A DNA stretch of 64,000 nt from the human T2T-CHM13v2.0 reference genome, Homo sapiens, in assembly GCF_009914755.1 (NCBI RefSeq), contig NC_060930.1, one strand, 5' to 3'. Made by a program: the position numbers and the translations under genes. The notes under the pieces were generated by a model. The model was given only the letters and a program-made list of their open reading frames with translations. It was not told where the DNA came from and ran no database searches. This document shows, piece after piece, positions 41,747 through 64,000 of this stretch. The first letter of the stretch is position 1; each line of letters starts with the position of its first letter.

Positions 41747-42171
41747 TGTCAGTCTGCTTTCTGTTGTTATAACTCAATACCTGAGATGGAGTAATTTATA
41801 AAGAAAATACATTTATTTTTTATAGTTCTGAAGGCTGGAACGTCCAAAGTCTAAGGGCGAAATCTGGTGAGGACCTTACAGCTGGTGGGGGTTTTCTGCA
41901 GAGTCTCAATGTGGTGCAGGGTACCACATGGTGAGGGGGCTCAGGAGAGAGAACCTACCTGGCTTTTTATAACAGAACTACTTTCCTGATAACTAACCCA
42001 CTCCCATGGTAACCCACTAATAAACTAACCCATGAAAAGGATGTATCTAACGGTGAGAACAGAACCCTCATGACCCAATCATCTCTTAAAGGACCCACCT
42101 CCCAGTACCTTTACACTGGAGATTAAGTTTCAACATGAGTTTCAGAGGGGGCAAACATCCAAACCATAGCA
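41747..42171 (-). mobile_element. MST-type MaLR solo LTR
   Basis: tgtcagtctgctttctgttgttataac ... caaaccatagca, with a perfect 5-bp TSD actta at 41742-41746 and 42172-42176. Confidence 0.88.
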
Positions 42172-43179
42172 ACTTACTATAAGCTGCAGAAATCAAGAAA
42201 GCATGGTACTATATTGACATAAAGATAGGCATAGAACAGAACACAATAGAGTTTCGGTAACAGACCCACACTTACATGGTCGATTGATTTTCAACAAAAA
42301 TGTCAAAGTAGTTGGATAGAAAAGGAAAGTCTTTTCAACAAACATTGCTGAATCAACTGAATAAACACATGGAATAAAATGAACCTGGACTCCTACCTCA
42401 TTTCACATAAGAAAATTAAATGGAACATAGATCTAGATGTAAAAACTAAAACTATAAGTCTTCAAAGAAAAAACATAAGAGTATCTTCACAACTTTGGAT
42501 TAAGATGAATATTTCTCAGGACACAGAAACCACTAGCAGTTTTAAAATAAGTACATGAGATTTCATCAAAATTAAACATTTCCATTCCTTAAAAGACACC
42601 ATTTAAGAATGCAAGCCAATGTTTGCATTAAATATTTCTGACAAATGACTCATATCAGAAAACATATAGATAATAAAAAGAAAAACAACACAATTTTTTT
42701 AAATGAGTAAAAGGTCTTGAACAGACATATTACAAAAGAAGATACAGAAATGGCCAATAAGCACATAATATAGTACTCATCATCACTAGCCATCAGGGAA
42801 ATGCACAGTAAAACCACAGTAAGGTATGATTTCACACCTACAAAAATAGCTAAAATTAAAAGACATAATATCCAATGTTTACATGTATATGTGAAGAAAT
42901 TGGAATTCATTCATTGTTGGTGAGATTGAAAACAGATGTAATCACTTTAGAGAACTGTTAGGTAAAGTTTCTTATAAGGTTAAACTATGGCCAATGATTT
43001 TTCTGCTAGATATGTAACCTAGAGAAATGAAATTGTGTGTCCACAGCAAAAGACTTTAGCAATGTTTATAGTAGTTTTATTCATAATAATTCCAAACTAA
43101 AAATAACCCAAATGCTATCAACAGGACAATAAATATACAAGTTGTGTGATATATTCATACAATGAAATACTACTCAGCA

Positions 43180-48079
<4,900 letters not shown>

Positions 48080-48476
48080 GAAATGCTAATCAGCAATCAA
48101 AAAATCATGAACTGTTATAGGAAACAACATGAATAAATTTAAAACACATTGTATTTAATAACAGAAGCCAGACACAAAATAATGCATACAGTATGTTTCT
48201 AGTTGTATGAAGCCCCAAAACAGGCAAAACTAATCTATGGTGTTAGAAATCAGGAAACCTTTGCCTGAAAGTGGCACAAGTAAACTTCCTGGGTAACAGA
48301 CATAGGCTACATTTGCAAAGTCAGTATTCAGATATATGAACTCATCTAAGGCAATTAAACCAGATGTGTTATATCTGTATAATTTATTGTCTATAAATTA
48401 TACTTCAATGAAAAAAAACTAGTCCATTACTGTCAATTTCCAAATTAGGCCCACCCCTCTGCATAAAGAGTTATAA

Positions 48477-48775
<299 letters not shown>

Positions 48776-49444
48776 GAGAGGCATTTTTGGTGAGTCATCA
48801 CCAGGATGTGCTGTTTTATGGTAACAACATGTCCTAATAAATTTTCACCACCTTTCTTCCCAAAAGCCTCAAAATTAAGTTATTAAGTTCCTCTACCAAA
48901 AATATCTCAGTATTTCTATTTATATGTAATTCATTCAGATTTTTTGGGCAAAGTTAATTCCCTGATGTTATTATAATTTAAATTGACAATCATTAAAATA
49001 GAAGATACAAAAGGATACTAAATTCATATTATTACCATGTTATTTAATCATTAAAACTGGTGTGTTTCATAAATATTTCATTATACACATGTTTATGTAC
49101 ACTTCAAATGAAGTTAGGCTTATCAAGTTTTAACACTTAGTTGAATAGGGAGTGTGTTAAACATATGGAAGCCCTAACCCTAATCCAGTAGCTTCAGATT
49201 GTAGGGGAAGAGACCAATTATTCTTTAAAAATAAATAAATGAATCTCCTCATATGCTAACATGCACCAAAGTTTTATAAATTCTAGTATGGGGCAGTGCA
49301 AAATGGTAAATAAGAAAAAAAGTCCCTATTCCCTTGGTAGAGAAGTAAATTAGCAACCCAAAATAGGGTAGTATAACTCAGAATTTCTACAAGCGAAAAA
49401 ATTATAAAGCCTTGATACTCAGAGTAATCAGGTGACCTTTAGCA

Positions 49445-50040
49445 TTCCCATATCTCAAATGTTAAGGTGTATAAAAATCACTTAGAGATCTTATTAAAAT
49501 GTAGATACTGATTACATAGCTTTAGTTTGTAGATAAAGGGTCTTCATTTTGGCTACAGTTTGAATGTTTGTCCCCTCCAAAATTCATGTTAAAACTTAAT
49601 CCTTAATGCAGCAGTACTGAGAGGCAGGGCTTTTAAAAGGTGATTGGGTCATGAGGGCTCTGCCTTTTCGAATGGGTTAATCCATTCACAGATTAGTGGA
49701 TTAATAAATTAATAAATTAATGGACTAGAATAGGAATGGGACTGGTGGCTTTATGAAAAAAGGAAAAGAGACCTCAGCTAGCATGCTCAGTCCCCTCACC
49801 ATGTGATGCCCTCTGCGGGCTTGTGACTCTGCAGAGAGTCCCCACAAGCATGGAGGCCTCACCAGATGTGGCCTCTTGACCTTGGATTTCTCAGCCTCCA
49901 TAAGAAATAATTTTTTTCTTTATAAATTATGCAGTTTTGAGTATTCTCTTAAAAGCAAAAGAAAACGTACTAAAACAACTTCTAGCAAGCTCCCAAGTGA
50001 TGCTGATTCTGCTGGTCCATAGACCATACTTTGTGTATTT
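49445..50040. mobile_element. MER5-like DNA transposon fragment split by an MST/MLT1A-type LTR (49551-49977, + strand)
   Basis: aaatcacttagagatcttattaaaatgtagatactgatt | LTR ggctacagtttgaatgtttgtcccctccaaaattcatg...actaaaaca | agcaagctcccaagtgatgctgattctgctggtccatagacc. Confidence 0.7.
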
Positions 50041-50224
50041 AGGTGCTAAAAGTTTTTGTCTTTGGTTGTTCTTTTCCCAAAAGTAAAAATAGTGTTGAAA
50101 TTTCTACAATATCAGGAATAGTATCTCCCTGGTTTTAAGAATCTGAGCCCCAGTCTCTCTGTCTTCCTGAAACAAATGTGGTGGGGGAGGGAAAGAGGGG
50201 CAGAATTGTGAGTATTTTAATATA

Positions 50225-53200
50225 TATTTTAGTTAACTTAGAATACTAAGAAAAAAAAGAGAGACAACTTGAATAAATACAATTATAATTAAAGAGGAGC
50301 CATTATAAATGATAGTTCAGAGACACAAAAAATTATGAGACTACTATAAAAATTATATGCTAACAAACTGCATAACATAAATAAATTTCTAGAAACTTAA
50401 AACTTACCAAAACTGAATGATGATGAAATACAAAATCCTAACAGACCTAGAACTAGTAAAGAGATTAAATCAGTAAACAAAACCTCCCAACAGAAAAGGT
50501 CCAGGAGCAGACAGCTTCATGATGAATTCTATTAGACTTTAAAAGGAGAATTAATGCCAATTCTCCCCAAACTCTTCCAAAAAATTAAAGAAAAGAAAAT
50601 ACTTCAAACTCATTTTATGAGGCTGGCTTTACCCTAATAACAAAGCCAGACAAGAACACTACAAGAAAAAAAATCACAGGCCCTGATGAACATGGATGTA
50701 AAATTTCTCAATAACCTACTAGTAAACTAAATTCAACAGTACATTCAAAGTGTCATATGCATGACCTAGTGGGATTTATCCCTGAAATGCAAGGATGGTC
50801 CAACATAGGTAAATCAATAAACATGATGTACCACATTAAAAACAAAAAATAAAATTATACGATCATCTAAATACATACCAAAACAAAAGCATCTGACAAA
50901 ATTCTCCATCATTTCATAATTCAAAAAACTCAACAAATTAGGCATGGAATGAATGAACTTCAAGATAATAAAAGCCATATATGACAAATCCACAGCTAAC
51001 ATTATACTAATGGTTAAAAGCTGAAAGCTTTTCCTCTAAGATCAGGAAGAAACAAGGGTGCCCAGTCTCACTACTTCTCTACAACATAGCACTGGAAGTC
51101 CTAGCCAAACCAATCAGGCAAGAAAAAGAAATGAAGGCATCCAAATTGGAAAGGAAGAAGTAAGATTGTCTCTATTAGCATGTGACATAATCTTATTACA
51201 GAAGACCATAAAGACTCTACCAAGAAAGTATTAAAAGAAGTACATTCAATAAACTTGTGGGATACAAAATCAACATATAAAAGTCAGTTGCCATTTCTAT
51301 GTATTAATAATGAACTATCCTAAAACAAATTAAGAAAGGAATATAATTTACAATAGCATCAAAAGGAATAAAATACTCAAGAATAAATTTAACCAAGGAG
51401 GTGAAATACCTGTACATTGAAAACTCTAAAACATTGATGAAAGAAATTGAAGAAGACACAGATACAATTCTTCACTCTGATAAATGGAAAGATATCCATG
51501 TTCATGAATTGGAGGAATTAATATTGTTAAAATGTCCATACCACCCAAAGGGATCTATAGATTTAGTTCAATCATTATCAAGATCCCAATGGCATTTTTT
51601 ACAAAAATAGAAAAATTAAGTCCTAAAATTTGTATGGAACCACAAAAAAACCCAAATATCTAAAGCAATCTTGAACAAGAAGAACAAAGCTGGAGGCATC
51701 ACACTTCCTGATTCAAGTTATATTATAAAGCTATAGTAATTAAAACAATATGGCACTGGCATAAAAACAGATGCACAAACCACTGGAACAGAATAGAGAA
51801 CCAAGAAATAAATCCACGCATATATAGTTAACTAATTTTCCACAAAATGTCAAGAAAGGATAGTCTCTTCAACAAATAATGCTGGGAAAACTAGATATCC
51901 ATGTGGAAAAGAATGAAATTGGACCCTTAGAGCATACACAAAAACTAACTCAAAATGGATTAAAGACAAACAAAAGACCTGAAATCACAAAACTCCTAGA
52001 AGAAAACACGGGGGAAAAGCTTAATAACACTGGTCTCGGCAATGACTTTTTGTATTTGACAACAAAAGCACAGACAACAAAGATAAAAATAAACAAGTGG
52101 GACTACATCAAACTAATAAGTTTATGCACAGCAAAGGAAACAATTGATGAAATAAAAAGGTAATCTACAGAATGGAAGAAAATGTCTGCAAACCATATAT
52201 CTGATAAAGAATTAGTATCTAAAATACATAAGAAACCCACACAATTCAATAGCAAATAAAAAACTGATTAAAGGATAGGCAAATGATGTAAATAGACAAT
52301 TTTCCAAAGAAGACATACAAATGGTCAACAGGTATATAAGATGTTCAACATCACTACATCACTAGTTATCAGGGAAATGCAAATCAAAGTAGCACCACTT
52401 CACACCTGTTAGCACGGCTATTATCAAAAAGTCAAAAGATAGCAAGCGTTGGTGAAGATTGGAGAAAAGGGAACACTTGTACACTGTTGGTGGAACTTTA
52501 AATTGGTACAGCCATTATGAAAAATAGTATAGAGGTTCCTCAAAAAAATTAAAAATAGAACTACTATATGAACCAGTAATTTTACTACTGGAGATGTTTC
52601 CAAAGGAAATAAAATCACTATCTCAAAGAGGTATCTATAGTCCCATATTCAATGCAGCATTATTTACAGTAGCCGAGATATGGAAACAACCTAAGTGTTC
52701 ATCAACTGAAGAATGAATAAAGAAACTGGGGTGTGTGTACACGTATACACACTCACACAGGAGAGAATACTATTTAGACTTACAAAAAAAGGAAATCCTC
52801 CCATTTGCAACAACATGGATAAAGCTGGAGGACAGTGAGCTAAGTGAATAAGCCATACGCAGAAAGACAAATACTGCATGATCACATGTTGAAATCTAAA
52901 AAATAAAAGTCAAACTCAGAAACAGAGAGTAGAATGTTGATTAACCCAGGCTGGGGAGGAGGAAGAGAGGAGATGTTGGTCAAAGGGTGCAAATTTTGAG
53001 ATATATGATGAATACATTCTGGAGACCTAATGTACAGCATAGTAACTACAGTTAATAATTTATTTTATACTTGAAATTAGCTGAGAGAATAGATCTCAAG
53101 TTTCCTTACCACAGAAAAAAATGATACCTAGTGAGGTAATTGATATGCTAGTTAGCTTGATTGTGGTAATCATTTCATAATGTATACTTATATCACATCA

Positions 53201-53262
53201 TGTGGTCAACCTAAAATGTATACAATTTTTATTTGTCAGTCTTACCTCAAAAAGCTGGGGTA
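50225..53262 (+). mobile_element. L1MA-type element (ORF2 and 3'UTR)
   Basis: ORF2 remnants (KINKWDYIKLISLCTAKET) and an L1MA-like 3' end. Confidence 0.88.
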
Positions 53263-54519
53263 AAATTGTTAAACCTCACATAAATAATGATTAAAATGAG
53301 AAAAAAAGAATACAGGCCAACAAGGCCTGCAGCACAATCCATAGACCAATGAATGGCATACTAAGCAAACAAAAAGTATTTTATATTAAGAAACAAAAAG
53401 TGAAAGGGAGAGTAAGGAGGCCATGCTTTCAGATCTATTTCACATGTCATTTGGAAATACTATATCATAGCTCATCTTCCTTCTCAGTAAGAAATTAAAT
53501 GGGTCATTAGACACTTTGCCTATATTCTAGTTTTCCAAAAGCTTTAGAATATGTATGCTTAAAATTTGTCTTGATATGATTTTGGAATAACTATGGTGGC
53601 AGGAGTGAACTAAGATGGAAAATAATGGTTTCCCTCAAGAATGACATTACTAATTAAAACATGAGTTTTCTTTTTTATTAACTGAAAGGGGCTCTACAGA
53701 TGTAGAAGGACTAGGATGATATTTGGAGTCAGAGATCCTGGACATAGACATTGAATCTTTCCCTTCTCCACTCTTCCCACAAAACCTTGTGAGAAATGCT
53801 ACCACAGAGACAGAGGTACAGTGCTGCAATTCACCTGCAGAATTGGGTCTAACCTGTATCCAGAACTGCTTAAAGCCTGCTTGTGATGGTAACTATTACA
53901 GTTGTAGGGTCTCCATTAAATGATGCTTACATCCTCAACAGCAGAAAGTCCTTGGTTACTTGCCTCACTTCTAGTGAATTGGGCTGTAAAGAATATTGAT
54001 ATAGATGCTACCTTCTCAAATATGGAATTCTGTTTTTTTTTTAATCAACCTTTTAATGGTACATAAATAATTCTTAATGGGTGACAGAAAAAGAAGAAAT
54101 TATTTTTACCAGAATGTAGGAATTTAAACTGAGCTCACTTGTTAATATGGAATATATAGTAGGCTAAATAGACACCAAGAAATCCAGATTATAGAGTTAA
54201 CACTGCCATTAACTAACTATAACTTAAAGAACATCCTTCTTAGTGGTTTTCTAATGCTTAGAAAAAAGAGAGGTAAACTTGGTAATCTGTATCTTCCTTT
54301 TCAACTATGAAAACAATGATTCATATTATCTGTCATCAAAGGATTATTGTGATAATTAAAATTTATACTTTTAAAACTGCTTTGAGAAAACTTTGGTTTA
54401 TTTAATCTTGAGAATGTTGAGAGAATAAGGCCTGATTGGGTCATATGGTTTGCCTCCTGCATGTACTCAAAAGCAACAGACTCAAAAACCAAGTTTGCTG
54501 ACCCCAGAATCCTTTCCAT

Positions 54520-55045
54520 TACATTCATTCAACGACAAACATTTATTAAGTGCCTACTATGTGGCAGATACTCTTTTAGGTGCTGGGAATTCAGAGGTGA
54601 CAAAACTAAATAAGGAATCTGCTTCCATGCAGTTTGTGCCAGAGACTAAATAAATACATGAGATCATTTCAGATACTGGTAAGTGTATAATGAAAACAGT
54701 AATGTATCACTTGAGGCCAGGAGGAGAGGAAGGGCTCTGTTAGATTTGGAGGTCAAAGAAGGCCTCTCTAAAAAGGTAACACTTGAGCTGACACTTAAGC
54801 AACATGAAGGAGCCACACTTGATCAGATCTGGGGACAAGATTTCCATTCCATTGATGGAGTAAGTTTGGTTTGTCCCAGGAACAGAAAGGTCAGTGAGTC
54901 ATGCATGTGGGAGCAAGACGAAGAATGACAGGGACTAAAGTAAAGTAGCATGATTCACAAGCATTATGTTCAGTTTAGAATTGTTTTTCCTAAATGCGAA
55001 GTGTGTCTATTAAAGGGTTTTAAGCATGGGTGCATCATGATCTGC
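54520..55045 (-). mobile_element. L2 LINE fragment
   Basis: cattcattcaac...catttattaagtgcctactatgtggcag...ggtgctggg is the reverse L2 3' end. Confidence 0.75.
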
Positions 55046-56366
<1,321 letters not shown>

Positions 56367-58410
56367 TTTAAAAATTTAAGAATTCATTTGTATGTGTCTT
56401 TATATGTATTAATTTCTCATAAAGCTATGAGAAATAAGTTAAAGTATGGAAACCACAAAGAAATGGGTCTGACAATTAGTGAGCTCTTAATAAATAGAAG
56501 CTATTGTCATAATTATAGACAAAAATACATTTCAATTTTTAAAATGACAATAAATGCTTGAATAAGAAGCATAAAGACTTATAGCCAACCCACTATTTAA
56601 CTGTTACATTTTAGTATACTAAAAATTAATGAGAAACTAAAGCATTCATTTTTAAACTTGTTTCATAAAAATGTTTACTCTTCCCTCAGTTACTGAATAT
56701 TATTTAATATTATTTGAATACCTGGCTTGAAGTATAAGAACAGAATAATAATCCATTTCCAATTGAAAAAGTTCAGAATCAAAGGAAATCCCCTAAAACA
56801 CTGATTTTGATTAACCCTAATCAAGGATAGTACAGATGAAAGATTAAACTATCTTTCAATCTAGATGATCAAGACTGAAGTTTTTACTCTTTCCAAAGAA
56901 AGATATATTTTTTAAAAATGTAGTGTGAAAAGGTAACTAAAGAGTATACCACCAAAAATGCAGGGGTAAAGGCATCATAGATGTGTCAATTAATTAATAA
57001 AACTGTGTATTGTTTTTCTGGAGGAAAAAGGGAAAATCACAGCATTTCCCGTTGCTACAGTAATGGCTTGGCTTCTAGCCATTTTTGAAGCTAAAAACCC
57101 AAGAGCACACATCCATCTTCCTTATCTCCCCTAAATTTAATGGATAACTCATAAGGAGGACCACTTTGCCATTCTCTTTCATCACTGCATGATTAGTGCC
57201 TCAAATCGTACTTGGCAAATCACTGACCCTCAATAAATGTTGGTTTAATTCGATCTTTTTCTACTTCCAGCATCTCTTCTATCATCCTCTTATTTGACCC
57301 CACTGATAATGCCTTCCTCATCTCACACTTAGTCTACAGTGGTATCCACCTAAGTGATCTCTTAACCACTATCACATCCCCATCTAATTTAAACTGCTAG
57401 TTTCAGAGTCTGTTTTCACACTGCAGGGTAGGTATTTCTTGATTGGGTTGTACACTATATTACATAATATCCGTCAAAACCACACATGAAAGAGAGAACT
57501 GCAGTAACTTGCTTGTCTGGAGTTTGTATGAATAGTTTAAAAATCTAATCTGGCCATAGCAACTTCTAAATATTCAAGCAACAAAAGAATATACATGTCT
57601 ATATAATGAGACCAGTACAAGCCAAGAAATGGTGTACAGTGTATTTTATTTGCCTGTGCCAGCAAATGCACTGAAAACAGGCCACAGGATTCCATTGGTG
57701 ATTTTAAACTCTGCTTATAAATGCAGCCTTTTTCTCTAGCTCTAAATTCCTCTTACATTACATTAATTAGCCTAATTTCTTACTTGTTTTTCTTGACTCA
57801 GCTTTAATTTTGACAATAAAATATTGTCAAAATATTTTATTTTACTGGTTTCCAAATGGAAAACTAATAAAACTTCTAAGACTAATAAAATTTCTAACTC
57901 AGGTCAAAATTTTTCTCCAACTATCTAACCTTCCAATTCATTCATGATACACCAAAAAGAATTCTGGATAGCAAGTCAAGTGATGTGAGTTCCAGTCCTG
58001 GATGTGCCTGGTTTGCCTACTTAGAAAATACAGTGTTAGCATATCCAAGGTTAAATAATACAGGATAGTAAATCAAAATAAATGGCATAGACAAAAGAGG
58101 AGTCAGTGAAAGGAAATGAATGGAAATGAGCACTCTTTGAGACATCAAGTGATATGAATAAAATCATCAATAAGTAACTCTAGCACCTCAATTGCAGTTT
58201 CTAAATATCATTTTCCATTAAAAGGAACCAAAGCTCTTTGGAAAAATAGCAGATTCCAGATCTGGGGCATGTGAGACATAAGACAGATATCTTGTCATTC
58301 TGAAAACAAGAAAACTGTCAAAATCTACTGGGATTAGATCAACGGGACCCAAGAGCCAATTTGAAAGGCTTCCATTGACTAAAGACGAAATCATTTGATT
58401 ATTTAATTTC

Positions 58411-64000
<5,590 letters not shown>

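Overview
Human genomic DNA: a human-lineage AluYb8 is present, and the sequence is AT-rich and dominated by repeats. The window carries the 5' coding part of COL21A1 (collagen XXI alpha-1, a FACIT collagen) on the minus strand. Nine exons splice in frame with GT-AG boundaries and give 1434 nt (478 codons) of CDS: 37388-37263 (ATG at 37350), 34861-34310, 25852-25684, 25589-25373, 23021-22848, 21707-21630, a 9-nt microexon 19541-19533, 19225-19142 and 11662-11600. They encode a signal peptide, a VWA domain with an intact MIDAS, a TSPN/LamG-like domain, a Cys-rich linker and the first Gly-X-Y triplets. I found neither the non-coding first exon nor the remaining collagen exons, so they probably lie outside the window. 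The rest is intron filled with L1, Alu, L2, MIR, CR1/L3, MaLR/ERV LTR and MER5-like remnants; nearly all other ORFs in the track are repeat artefacts. I see no novel gene system. The most unusual signals are: (1) two L1PA elements about 16 kb apart that share five identical nonsense mutations, which suggests ectopic conversion or local copying; (2) a 9-nt microexon with alternative donors and RBFOX motifs; (3) an inverted AluY/AluYb8 pair around the ATG and VWA exons; (4) several snap-back templated-insertion scars and two old local duplications. Exon numbers assume the ATG exon is exon 2. Repeat subfamily names are assigned by eye.
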